Below, one piece after another: positions 36,268-46,168 of a stretch of 64,000 bases of DNA; the stretch's first letter is position 1; every line of letters starts with the position of its first letter. The DNA is from an uncultured Haloferula sp. (lineage in GTDB: Bacteria > Verrucomicrobiota > Verrucomicrobiia > Verrucomicrobiales > Akkermansiaceae). Below the pieces are notes generated by a model, which was not told the DNA's origin, ran no database searches, and saw only the letters and a list, made by a program, of their open reading frames with translations. The stretch lies in assembly GCA_965652295.1 (NCBI GenBank), contig CBFGTS010000020.1:1-64000 (forward strand), read 5' to 3'. The position numbers and the translations under genes were made by a program.

Positions 36268-39200
36268 ATGATCGAAAAACACATCCAACTCCCGGGGACA
36301 TGGCCCGTTTCACGGGCACGCCTCAGGAGCGGCATGACCGGTGCCGCCGGCTTGCTTCTCATCGCGAGCATGATCTCGCCGCTGCACGCGGTGACGTTGA
36401 GCACCGGAGACGCCCTTGGCACCTCGTCGTTCAACACAGCTGGCAACTGGAGCGATGGCCAAGCGCCGCACGCAGGCGCGGCTTATCTGGTAAGCGTCAA
36501 TTTTCTCCGCACGCCGGCAGACTCTAACAACCACACTTTTGCCGGGGATTCCCTGACCATCACCAGCGGCGGCGGGATGATCTACAAAGGCACCGCCACC
36601 AACACCTACACGATCAATCCTCTGATTCTCGATGGCGGATTGGTCCGCAGCGGTGCCGGCAGCACGCAGAGGATGATCCTGGACGGGACCATTTCCGTCA
36701 CCACGACTTCCGGATCGGAGATCCGCGCGGATCAAAATCCATTTACGATCAGCTCCGATCTATCCGGGCCGGGTAATCTGCTGCTTTCCGGCAGCTACGC
36801 CACCACCTTCACGGGCACCAGCACGCTGACGGGAAACATCATCGTCGCCGGCACCCTGCTACAGGATGCCGCAGGTTCCATCGGGTTCACGATCGGGGCC
36901 AACGGCGTGAACAATGCGGTGAGCGGAACAGGATCCGCGACTTTCGATGGTGCGTTCGCGTTCGACCTCTCCGGTGCCGGAACCACGGTCGGGAACAGCT
37001 GGATGGTCGCTGACGTCACCAACCAGAGTTTCGGCAGCACGTTCAGCGTCTCGGGATTCTACCGGGTGGGAACCGGCACGGGGCCCGGGGTTTGGGAACT
37101 CGACAACGGCGGAACTTATTACTCGTTCGACACCGCCACCGGTGTCCTGCAGGTCGTATCGAGCCTTTCGAGCACCGACCTCACGCTCGACAATGAATCC
37201 TACACGTCGAACCTGCTCGGGGGTTTCACGGTCACGATGACCGGGCACTCCGAGCTGCACATCACGGGTGCGGCGGATCCGATTCCGTCCACGACCATTC
37301 ATCTGAACTCGGAGGATTCCTGGGTGTTCTTCCACCACACGACGGTGCCGCCCTCCTATGCCGCATCGACGCTGCTCTCCCGGATCCAAGTGAACGGATC
37401 GCCGGCGGTGCTGGGCACGAACGTCCGCGTGGTGGCCTATGGCGAAGGCTCCGTGGTCATTCCGCAGAGCAGCACTTACCAGCCGCTGACCGTTTACACG
37501 GGCGAGAACTTCGGCGGCAGTTCGACCAAGCTCGATCAATACACGGCGTACGACGCCACCCTGCTGGACTCTTTCAACGACGGTATCCGCTCCTTCACCC
37601 TGAAGCGCGGCTACACCGCCACCTTCGCACAGAACGCGGACGGAACGGGCATCAGCAAGAACTACGTGGCCCAAGACAGCGATCTTGAGATCGGGGTGAT
37701 GGCGGCCGGCCTGGATCAGAGTGTTTCGTTTGTCCGCGTGTTCCCTTGGCGGTGGAGCAAGAAAAAGGGCATTGCGGGGAGCATCGGCCAGCAACTTGAC
37801 GTGGGCTGGTATTACAACTGGAACATCGACCAGGCTTCTTCGCTCGACCGCGAGTACGTCGCCATCCGGCAGACGCGCTGGTGGCCGGGCCTCAGCCAGG
37901 ACTGGAAGGCCAGGGGCGTGAACACCCTGCTAGGCTACAACGAGCCCGACAATTCCGTGGAGGCCAACATGACGGTGGGTGATGCCATTTATTCATGGCC
38001 GGACCTGCTTTCGACCGGCCTCCGCGTTGGCTCACCGGCTCCCACGGACGGCGGACTCAGCTGGCTTTATTCGTTCATGGACCAGGCGGCCCTCAACAAC
38101 CTCCGGGTGGATTTCGTGGCGGTGCATTACTACCGCTGTTTCGATCCGACCAATCCCAGTGGCGCGGCAAGCCAGATGTACAACTTCCTCAAGGGCATCC
38201 ACGACCGGACCGGCAAGCCCATCTGGATCACCGAGTGGAACAATGGCGCGAACTGGACCGGGTGCGCCGATCCCACTTACGAGCAACAGGCTGCCTGCAT
38301 CGATGCCATGACCCAGATGCTGGAAAACACGCCCTTCGTCGAGCGCTACGCTCCGTACAACTGGGTCGAGGACGTCCGGCGTCTGCAATGGGAGGATGGC
38401 TGGCCGACCAGCGCCGGGTTTGTTTACCGCGATATCCCTTCCAAAATCGGATATCTCCAGGAAGTGCCGGATTCGGGGAAAGCGGCACCCGCGAAATTCC
38501 TGTTCGAAGGAAACTTCCGCGATACCTCCGGCAACGGCAACAATCCCCTCGTTTACGGAACGCCGAAGATGGTAGTCGGCCAAGGCGTGAGTTCGGCCCT
38601 GTCGCTGGATGGCACCGATGACTATCTGCAGCTGCCCCCGAAAGTCGCGCAAGCGGCCGATTTCACCTTCGCGACGTGGGTGAAGTGGGATGGTGGCAGC
38701 AGCTGGCAGCGCATTCTCGACTGTGGTGCCGGCACGACCCAATACATGTATCTGAGCCCCGACGTCGGGGGTAATCTCCGCTTCGCCATCACCACCGGAA
38801 GCGGTGAGCAACAACTCAACGGCACCGCGCTGACACCCGGGGTGTGGACGCATGTGGCGGTCACGTTGAATGGCAACACCGGCACGCTCTATGTGAACGG
38901 AAGCGCGGTTGCGTCCGGCTCCATCACCCTCAATCCGGCGAATCTGGCCGCCACCCGCTGCTATCTCGGCAAGAGCCAGTTCTCCGCCGATCCGCTCTAC
39001 GACGGCTTGATCGATGACGCTTATATCTTCGACCGTGCATTGAGCGGCTCCGAGGTCGCAGCGCTGGCCAGCGTGCCGGATTCCAATGCCCCCGCCGCGC
39101 CGGCCTCCCTCGCCGCGACGACGGGCAGCGGGCAGGTGCATCTGGACTGGGCGGACAACACGGAGACCGATCTCCTCGGCTACGACGTTTACCGTTCCAC

Positions 39201-41301
39201 GACGAGCGGCTCCGGTTATGTCCTCATCGCCACCCATGTGCCCGGCAGCGGCTACACCGACACCGCCGTGGTCGACGAAACGACCTACTACTACATCGTG
39301 ACGGCCACGGACACTTCAGGGAATGTTTCGGCGGGCAGCGGAGAGGTTTCGGCGACTCCGGTCGATGTCATCGCGCCGTCGGTACCGGCAGGTCTTGTTG
39401 CGATCCCCGGCGACAGTGCGGTCAACTTGGACTGGGCGGACAACACCGAGTCGGATTTTGCCGGATATACCGTTTATCGCTCAACCACCAGCGGCAGCGG
39501 TTTTGCTCCGGTCGCCTCCGGGATTTCCAACAGCGCCTGGACCGATAGCACGGTCGTGAACGGAACGACCTACTACTATGTTGTGACAGCTTCGGACCTG
39601 AGCTCGAATGAATCGGCGTTCAGCAACGAAGATTCCGCAACGCCAAGGCCGCCGAGTCTGATCGCGCACTATCCATTCGAGGGCGGCACCACCGATAGCT
39701 CCGTCTATGGTCATGACGCCACCGCCACCGGCGCTCCGTCCTATGGTGCGGGGCAAGATGGCCAAGCGATCAGTCTCGACGGAGTGGACGACCATGTCAC
39801 GGCGCCCGCCGCGATTGCCGATGGCGCGGACATCACGCTCGCGGCATGGATCAACTGGAACGGAGGCAGCGCTTGGCAGCGCATCTTCGACTTCGGCGAC
39901 GACACGAGTCACTACTTGTTCCTGACCCCGAGCAGCGGGAGCGGAACCCTCCGCTTCGGAATCAAGAATGGCGGTAGCGAGCAGCAACTCAATGCCAACG
40001 CGCTCACCCCCGGCGTGTGGACGCATGTGGCCGTGACGCTGAATGGCGACACGGGCACCCTGTACGTCAATGGTGCGGCGGCCGCAACCAATGCCGCGAT
40101 GACCATCAATCCCGGTGACTTCTCGCCGATCCTCAACTACATCGGAAAATCCCAATGGCCGGATCCGCTCTTCAGCGGGCTGATCGATGACTTCCGCGTC
40201 TATAACTATGCCTTAACCGGAGCAGACATCGCGACCCTTGCCTCGGGCGGGAGTGGCGATACGACGCCACCCGCGGCACCATCGGGTCTTGCCGCCACGG
40301 CGGGCGACGGCAGCGTCGCTTTCGACTGGGCGGACAGCGGCGAGCCCGACCTCGCCAGCTACACCGTCTATCGATCGACCACCAGTGGCAGCGGCTATGC
40401 CTCCATCGCCTCCGGGCTGGCCACCAGCGCCTACACCGACAGCAGCGCTATCAACGGCACGACCTATTACTACGTCGTGACCGCCACCGACACGTCGGCG
40501 AACGAGTCCGCATTCAGTGGCGAGGTTTCGGCGACGCCGCAGGCAGCACCCTCCAACTCCGCGCCGCAGTTCGCCTCATCGTTGCTGACCAAGGCCAACG
40601 CCACCGAGGCCTCCGCCTACAGCGGTAGTATCGCGGGCGACGCCAGTGATCCGGATGCGGGCGATACCCTGACCTTCGCCAAACTCGGTGGCCCGGCCTG
40701 GCTGTCGGTGGCCGGCGACGGCACCCTGGGCGGCACTCCTGGCTCGGCGGATGTCGGTACCAACCAGTGGACGGTGGAAGTTTCCGACACCGGCGGTCTG
40801 AGCGACACGGCGACCTTGCAGATCACCGTCGATGCGCTGCCGGGGGCCGCCACCTACGGTGCCACCGGGGAAACGACCGCGTCCGGGACCATCGTGTCCG
40901 GCAGTTACGCCAGCACGCTGACCTCCGACAACGACTACGAGCAATTGCGCGAGACCGAAAGCGGCGGCAAGCCCAGCAACCGGTATTCCTATCTGGAGCA
41001 CACCTGGTCGTTCGACATCGGAGCGGGGGGCTCGGAGGTGATGCTTTCAGTGGAAGCCCACCACAGCGCCAACTCCGAAGGGGATGACTTCGTCTTCGCC
41101 TGGTCGGCGGACGGGACGAACTACACCAACGCAGTCACGGTGACCAAGACGGCCGATGACAACACGCCGCAGACGGTGGCGCTGCCGGCCGGACTCAGCG
41201 GGCCGATCCAGATCCGTGTGACGGATGCCAACCGCAGTTCCGGCAACCGCCAATTGGACTCGCTGTATGTCGATGGCTTGGGTATCGAGGTGACTCCATG
41301 A
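36268..41301 (+). CDS. Large secreted glycoside hydrolase (GH128-like core) with LamG x2, FN3 x3 and a cadherin/Ig-like domain
   Basis: WYYNW, LLGYNEPD, VDFVAVHYY, KPIWITEWN (clan GH-A glutamates); repeated WTHVAVTLNG and YYYVVTA. Confidence 0.85.
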   Translation: MIEKHIQLPGTWPVSRARLRSGMTGAAGLLLIASMISPLHAVTLSTGDALGTSSFNTAGNWSDGQAPHAGAAYLVSVNFLRTPADSNNHTFAGDSLTITSGGGMIYKGTATNTYTINPLILDGGLVRSGAGSTQRMILDGTISVTTTSGSEIRADQNPFTISSDLSGPGNLLLSGSYATTFTGTSTLTGNIIVAGTLLQDAAGSIGFTIGANGVNNAVSGTGSATFDGAFAFDLSGAGTTVGNSWMVADVTNQSFGSTFSVSGFYRVGTGTGPGVWELDNGGTYYSFDTATGVLQVVSSLSSTDLTLDNESYTSNLLGGFTVTMTGHSELHITGAADPIPSTTIHLNSEDSWVFFHHTTVPPSYAASTLLSRIQVNGSPAVLGTNVRVVAYGEGSVVIPQSSTYQPLTVYTGENFGGSSTKLDQYTAYDATLLDSFNDGIRSFTLKRGYTATFAQNADGTGISKNYVAQDSDLEIGVMAAGLDQSVSFVRVFPWRWSKKKGIAGSIGQQLDVGWYYNWNIDQASSLDREYVAIRQTRWWPGLSQDWKARGVNTLLGYNEPDNSVEANMTVGDAIYSWPDLLSTGLRVGSPAPTDGGLSWLYSFMDQAALNNLRVDFVAVHYYRCFDPTNPSGAASQMYNFLKGIHDRTGKPIWITEWNNGANWTGCADPTYEQQAACIDAMTQMLENTPFVERYAPYNWVEDVRRLQWEDGWPTSAGFVYRDIPSKIGYLQEVPDSGKAAPAKFLFEGNFRDTSGNGNNPLVYGTPKMVVGQGVSSALSLDGTDDYLQLPPKVAQAADFTFATWVKWDGGSSWQRILDCGAGTTQYMYLSPDVGGNLRFAITTGSGEQQLNGTALTPGVWTHVAVTLNGNTGTLYVNGSAVASGSITLNPANLAATRCYLGKSQFSADPLYDGLIDDAYIFDRALSGSEVAALASVPDSNAPAAPASLAATTGSGQVHLDWADNTETDLLGYDVYRSTTSGSGYVLIATHVPGSGYTDTAVVDETTYYYIVTATDTSGNVSAGSGEVSATPVDVIAPSVPAGLVAIPGDSAVNLDWADNTESDFAGYTVYRSTTSGSGFAPVASGISNSAWTDSTVVNGTTYYYVVTASDLSSNESAFSNEDSATPRPPSLIAHYPFEGGTTDSSVYGHDATATGAPSYGAGQDGQAISLDGVDDHVTAPAAIADGADITLAAWINWNGGSAWQRIFDFGDDTSHYLFLTPSSGSGTLRFGIKNGGSEQQLNANALTPGVWTHVAVTLNGDTGTLYVNGAAAATNAAMTINPGDFSPILNYIGKSQWPDPLFSGLIDDFRVYNYALTGADIATLASGGSGDTTPPAAPSGLAATAGDGSVAFDWADSGEPDLASYTVYRSTTSGSGYASIASGLATSAYTDSSAINGTTYYYVVTATDTSANESAFSGEVSATPQAAPSNSAPQFASSLLTKANATEASAYSGSIAGDASDPDAGDTLTFAKLGGPAWLSVAGDGTLGGTPGSADVGTNQWTVEVSDTGGLSDTATLQITVDALPGAATYGATGETTASGTIVSGSYASTLTSDNDYEQLRETESGGKPSNRYSYLEHTWSFDIGAGGSEVMLSVEAHHSANSEGDDFVFAWSADGTNYTNAVTVTKTADDNTPQTVALPAGLSGPIQIRVTDANRSSGNRQLDSLYVDGLGIEVTP

Positions 41302-42122
41302 CCGGAACTTCCCATCGCACGCCCGGCCCGAAAGGACCGGGCGTGTTTTTGCGACCAGCGGGGACGGGCCTTCTCGGACTGCTTCTAGGGTTGGCCATCG
41401 GCGTGTGGATCTCCGCCGGACCTCCGACCACCGCAGAGTCCAGTGCTTCGCCTGCCGGTGGGTCCTCCGAAATGGACTCCCGTCCCGGACGGCCGTTCGC
41501 GGAGGCTCCGCCCGATCCGGTGGGCGAGCGGAGGCACTCGGAGCGTCGCTCAGGTGGATCCCGGCCCCCACGACTCGAAGTCGATCCCACCGTTCTGGTC
41601 GATTTGACCCGAACCAGCCGGCCTTCGCTTGAGGAGCGGATCGTGCTGTTTTCCAACGGCGATCCGATTGCCAGGGTGCTGGCGGTGACGGACGATGAGA
41701 AAGCCGTCCTTGAGCGTGAGTGGGCAAAGGCGAAGGACGAGGTGGTCCGGCGGCAGCGCGAAACGTTGCGGCACGAGCAAGGGGAGAATCAGCTTTGGAT
41801 CGGCGCGGATCCCTTCGAGGGCGGGCATCTGTGGAGCCACTTCCGTGAGGCCGCCTTGGAAACGCTGGGGCCGGAACGAGGCGAAGCTTTCCTGGGGATG
41901 ACCCGGGCGGACGAGGCCTTCGGCGGCTGGGGGCGCAGGCCTTCGGCGGCTTACTCGATCCAGTATGACCGCCAGTCCGATGGATCGTGGGTTTACCGGA
42001 TCACCGAGAAGCCATCGCCGGACGGCCCCGCGGGCAAGAGCTGGATTTCCAACCGAATTCCGGCGCACATCCGGGAGATGACCGATTTCTTGGGAATCAG
42101 TCCGGAAGCTCCGGACTCCTGA
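41298..42122 (+). CDS. Hypothetical membrane-anchored protein
   Basis: ATGA overlap with upstream gene; N-terminal TM helix then low-complexity linker. Confidence 0.7.
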   Translation: MTGTSHRTPGPKGPGVFLRPAGTGLLGLLLGLAIGVWISAGPPTTAESSASPAGGSSEMDSRPGRPFAEAPPDPVGERRHSERRSGGSRPPRLEVDPTVLVDLTRTSRPSLEERIVLFSNGDPIARVLAVTDDEKAVLEREWAKAKDEVVRRQRETLRHEQGENQLWIGADPFEGGHLWSHFREAALETLGPERGEAFLGMTRADEAFGGWGRRPSAAYSIQYDRQSDGSWVYRITEKPSPDGPAGKSWISNRIPAHIREMTDFLGISPEAPDS

Positions 42123-42271
42123 CGCTGGCGCCCGTAACCCGCGCTTCCTTGAGCTTTCGATCCAGGCTCGGCCTCCTTCTTCAGGCCGGAGCCGGTCGGG
42201 CCGCCGGGGTTTCCGCGGAAGGAAGGGCGTTTTGCGTGGCGTGTGTCCTGCCAATCCGGCAAAAGTGCGCC

Positions 42272-42994
42272 ATGCGGCCTCGTTTTGAAGAACTCGACTA
42301 CCGGGAAACGCCTCTTGGCGAGCTGATCCTGCGGCGGAGAATCATGCCCGAGCTGGACAACATCGAAGTTTACGAGGTGATCCTCGGCGATGCGTTCCTG
42401 ATGTCCTCCTTGTTCACCACCGTCGAGATCGCGCTGTCGCGGCTCGGGCTCGAAGCGGCGGAGGATGCGGGACGAAAATTGGACGTGGTGGTCGGTGGTC
42501 TCGGGCTCGGCTACACCGCCAAGGCCGCCCTTGATCATCCGCGTCTCGGTTCGCTTCGGGTGGTGGATTACCTGAAACCGGTGATCGAATGGCATGAACA
42601 GGGCTTGGTTCCGCTCGGGCCGGAGTTGAGCGGCGACCCACGCTGCCGCTTCGTCCATGGCGATTTCTTCCAGCTCGCGATGACCGGGTTCGATCCGGAT
42701 GTGCCCGGGCGGAAGTTCGATGCCGTGTTGCTCGATATCGACCACTCACCGGCCAACCTCCTGCACGAACGCCATGGCAACTTCTATGCGGAGGAAGGGC
42801 TGCGGAAAATGGCGGAGCAACTCCATCCGGGCGGCGTTTTCGCGCTTTGGTCGGACGATCCGCCGGAGGAAACCTTCATGGCGGCTCTGCGGCAGGTGTT
42901 CGAATCATGCAGCGCCCACGTCGTCCCGTTTCCCAATCCGCATCGGGACTGCGAATCGGAAAGTACGGTTTATGTGGCGAAGCTGAGAGGATAG
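42272..42994 (+). CDS. Spermidine-synthase-like SAM methyltransferase
   Basis: FLMSS, VVVGGLGLGYT, AVLLDIDHSP, GGVFALWS. Confidence 0.88.
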   Translation: MRPRFEELDYRETPLGELILRRRIMPELDNIEVYEVILGDAFLMSSLFTTVEIALSRLGLEAAEDAGRKLDVVVGGLGLGYTAKAALDHPRLGSLRVVDYLKPVIEWHEQGLVPLGPELSGDPRCRFVHGDFFQLAMTGFDPDVPGRKFDAVLLDIDHSPANLLHERHGNFYAEEGLRKMAEQLHPGGVFALWSDDPPEETFMAALRQVFESCSAHVVPFPNPHRDCESESTVYVAKLRG

Positions 42995-43044
42995 GCCTCG
43001 CGCCTCTACCCGGAGGAAGGTGGGAGTTGAATGATTCCGGAGGT

Positions 43045-43695
43045 TTATCTCCTGCGTCGGCCGGTGATCAGCAGGCCGCCAAACAACAGCGCGGCGAAGG
43101 TTGAGGGCTCCGGGACGGCGACGATCGAAAGATTGTCCACGGTGATGCTGTCGTTCGATGCGACCGACCCGGTCGCGACAAGAGTCACGGAGGAGAAGGG
43201 CACCGGAGAGGTCAGACCGAAGAACCCCTGGTCCACACCGCCGTCCCCGTTGAACAGCGCGCGCAGGTCGAAGGTCTCGATCCCACTGCCGAAGTCGCCA
43301 CGGACGCTGACTTCGCGGGAACTGGCGATGCTGAAGAAATCGGCACCGAAGGCGTTCACCGGGGAAGGGAACGAGAGCGTGATGGTTTGGTAGCCCGACG
43401 CCGCACTGGTGGCCGTATTCAAGGTCGCGCTAAGACGGCCCGCGGTGACGAGATGGTTCGGTGATCCGGATGGATCCGCCGCCACCGATTGGATGCCTCC
43501 GCTGAAAAGAAGTGTGTCCGACTGAGCAATGTCGGAATCGAAAGTTTCCGTCGTGATCGTCGTGCTGATCGCGCTTTCCCAGTCACTCCGGTCAAGCCCG
43601 GCATCGACATAGATGGTGGCTGCGGCGTGAAGCGGCGCGGTCATCGCAAGGATGGCGAGGATTCCAATTCGAGTCGATGGCGTGCGCATGATCAT
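43045..43695 (-). CDS. PEP-CTERM sorting-domain protein
   Basis: Signal peptide; VPEPS, TM helix, RRRR. Confidence 0.9.
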   Translation of the reverse strand: MIMRTPSTRIGILAILAMTAPLHAAATIYVDAGLDRSDWESAISTTITTETFDSDIAQSDTLLFSGGIQSVAADPSGSPNHLVTAGRLSATLNTATSAASGYQTITLSFPSPVNAFGADFFSIASSREVSVRGDFGSGIETFDLRALFNGDGGVDQGFFGLTSPVPFSSVTLVATGSVASNDSITVDNLSIVAVPEPSTFAALLFGGLLITGRRRR

Positions 43696-43869
43696 GGGTT
43701 GGGATGAGGATTTTCTGAGGATCTGGCCTGGAGCGGACGAGCTCCGACGGGAATTCGAGAAGAGTGATTGACTATCAGGCAGGCAAAAAGGGGGCAAGCT
43801 TGAAAGGATACTGCCGGCCGCGATCGGAGTGGCCCGAGGATTCTCATGCTGATGATGCTTCCCGATCAC

Positions 43870-45321
43870 CTACCGCGGGGAAGCCGGCAGTTTCACGGTG
43901 AAGCAGGAGCCTTCTCCCGGCTGGCTCTCGACATCGATCCGGCCCCCGTGCTGACGCACGATCGCTTCGCAAATGGCCAGGCCCAGACCCGAGCCCCCTT
44001 TCGCCGACTGGCTCGTCCGCGCCGTGTCCGCTCGGTAAAAGCGATCGAAGAGGTGCTCGAGGTCGTCGGCAGCGATGCCCCGCCCTGCGTCTGCCACCGT
44101 GACTTCCGCCATGCCGTCATGAGCCGCGGTGCGGATGGTGATGCGGACCCCGGCAGGGTTGTGCTGAAGCGCGTTGCCCAACAGGTTTGTCACCACCCGT
44201 GCCAAAGCCGAGCGATCACCGGACAGGGGTGCCGGCTCAAGCCGCAGGTCCAGGGTTGCGTCCCTTTTTGCGACCAAGCCTCTCATCTCGCTGGTCACCG
44301 ACTGCACGACCTCCGCGAGATCCATCGGCTCCCGCCGCGGCTCGGCGGAGGCATCCAGGCGGGCGAGCACGAGCAGTTCCTCCACCAGGGTCTTCATCCG
44401 TTGCGCCGCCTTTTCCGCGGTTGCGAGGCCTTCGCGGTATTCCTGCTCCGATCGTGGCCGCGCGCGAAGCTGCTGGATCTGCCCGAGCACGACCGCCAGC
44501 GGTGTCCTCAGTTCATGGGAGGCATCGGCGGTGAAGCGCTCCCTTTCCTTGATGCCTCTTTCCAGCCTCGCGAAAGCCGTGTTGAGCACTCCGGCCAGTT
44601 CATGAAGCTCGCCACCAGCCTGCTTCACATCGATCCTGCGGGAGAGATCTCCTTTCGCGATGCCGGCGGCGGTGTGGCCGATTTCCCGGGCCGGGCGAAG
44701 CCCCCAGCGGACGATCAACCAGCCCGCCAGCAAACCCACCGCAAACAATCCGAGCCCGCGGGCGGCGAGCAGCCAGCCGTACGTGCGCAGCCCGGCCTCA
44801 AGGCGATCCGTCGGCACGCCCACCTCGATCACACGACGCCCGGGCCCGAGGAACCGCAAGGTCCGGTAGCCTCCCCGGGTCCTCAGTGCCACATCGATGC
44901 GTCCGTCCTCGTGACTGACGAAGTCCGGCACTTCCCTCCCGGCTCGGTAGACCGGCTCGCCGGAGGGGTCCCACGCCACTGCCCAATAGCTCTCCTCGAT
45001 CCACTTCGGCAGCGGTCTTCCGACCAAGGGGCTCCGCCCTCCGTCCGGTCGTCTGGGCCGGCGCGGCGGTGGGCCGCTTCCGTCCGCGTGAGGCGGACCC
45101 ATCCCTCCACGCCCCCGGCGGTGCGGAGCCACCTGGGGCAGGATCGGCCGCACCAGGTCCGCCAGCCGCGCGTCCAGCGCGTCGAGCCGTCTTTCCCGTT
45201 CATGGCCGTGGAAGGCTACCATCATTGCCGTGATCGCCAGCGCCAAGGCCAAGCCATACCAGATCTGGATGCGCCACGTGATCGATCGCCAGAACGGCGG
45301 CTTGTCCGCTACCGTGCTCAT
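43870..45321 (-). CDS. Sensor histidine kinase (HAMP, HisKA, HATPase)
   Basis: DASHELRTP, NLLGNA, DAGRGI, FDRFYR, GSGLGL; two TM segments. Confidence 0.96.
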   Translation of the reverse strand: MSTVADKPPFWRSITWRIQIWYGLALALAITAMMVAFHGHERERRLDALDARLADLVRPILPQVAPHRRGRGGMGPPHADGSGPPPRRPRRPDGGRSPLVGRPLPKWIEESYWAVAWDPSGEPVYRAGREVPDFVSHEDGRIDVALRTRGGYRTLRFLGPGRRVIEVGVPTDRLEAGLRTYGWLLAARGLGLFAVGLLAGWLIVRWGLRPAREIGHTAAGIAKGDLSRRIDVKQAGGELHELAGVLNTAFARLERGIKERERFTADASHELRTPLAVVLGQIQQLRARPRSEQEYREGLATAEKAAQRMKTLVEELLVLARLDASAEPRREPMDLAEVVQSVTSEMRGLVAKRDATLDLRLEPAPLSGDRSALARVVTNLLGNALQHNPAGVRITIRTAAHDGMAEVTVADAGRGIAADDLEHLFDRFYRADTARTSQSAKGGSGLGLAICEAIVRQHGGRIDVESQPGEGSCFTVKLPASPR

Positions 45322-45983
45322 TCGACGACGTATCCCGCGCCCCTCCGCGTTTTGATGAAATCACGGCCGATCTTCTGTCTCAGTTTGTAGATATAGACAT
45401 CCAGCATGTTCGAGACCGACTCGTCATCTTCGTCGAAGAGGTTGTCGTAGATAAAATCCCGCGAGACCACCTCGCCGCGCCGCCGCATGAGCATTTCCGC
45501 GAGAAGGAACTCCCGCGCCGTGAGGTCCACCGGCTCGCCGTCCACCGTCAGGCGCATGGCCGTTGTATCGAGCGAAACCGGGCCGATCTCAAGCACCCGC
45601 GCCAGGGTCACGCCGCCCCGCCGGACCACCGCGCGAACGCGTGCCAGCAGCTCGGTGTTTTCGAAGGGCTTGGTCTGATAATCGTCGGCACCCAGATCGA
45701 GCCCCTGAACGCGGTCCGGCGTGTCATCGCGCGCCGTCAGCATCAGCACCGGCGTCTCCTTCACCTTCCGCAACCGCCGCAGCACCTCGAAGCCATCCAT
45801 CCGCGGCAGCATCACATCCAGGATCAGCGCATCGTAATCCCAGTTCGCCGCCTTGTAGAACCCCTCCTCGCCGTCCTCGCACTGATCCACCAGATAGCCT
45901 TCGTCCCGCAGCATCGAAACGATCAACCGCCGCAAATCCGCATCGTCTTCGATGACCAAAATCTTCACCCGTGCAGGAGACAT
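45318..45983 (-). CDS. OmpR-family response regulator
   Basis: ILVIEDD, LDVMLP, LTARD, GADDY.TKPF, TRRGAGY; start may be GTG 45968. Confidence 0.96.
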   Translation of the reverse strand: MSPARVKILVIEDDADLRRLIVSMLRDEGYLVDQCEDGEEGFYKAANWDYDALILDVMLPRMDGFEVLRRLRKVKETPVLMLTARDDTPDRVQGLDLGADDYQTKPFENTELLARVRAVVRRGGVTLARVLEIGPVSLDTTAMRLTVDGEPVDLTAREFLLAEMLMRRRGEVVSRDFIYDNLFDEDDESVSNMLDVYIYKLRQKIGRDFIKTRRGAGYVVE

Positions 45984-46168
45984 CCGTGCACCCTGCCGAC
46001 ACCAGCCTGAATGCAGCATGAACGGAGCGGCGGGGCTCCTTCGCCGCGAAAAAATGCTTCCCGCGCCTCCTCCGCGGTCGTGTGGTCTCGGGCCGAAAAT
46101 ATCAGGGAAGATTAATCTCACGTTCAGGTTCACCTTGTCAGGGTGGAGATCTCCGCACTCCTGCCGCC

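Noticed and set aside
43846..45390. 514-aa plus-strand ORF
   Set aside because: Antisense shadow of the histidine kinase
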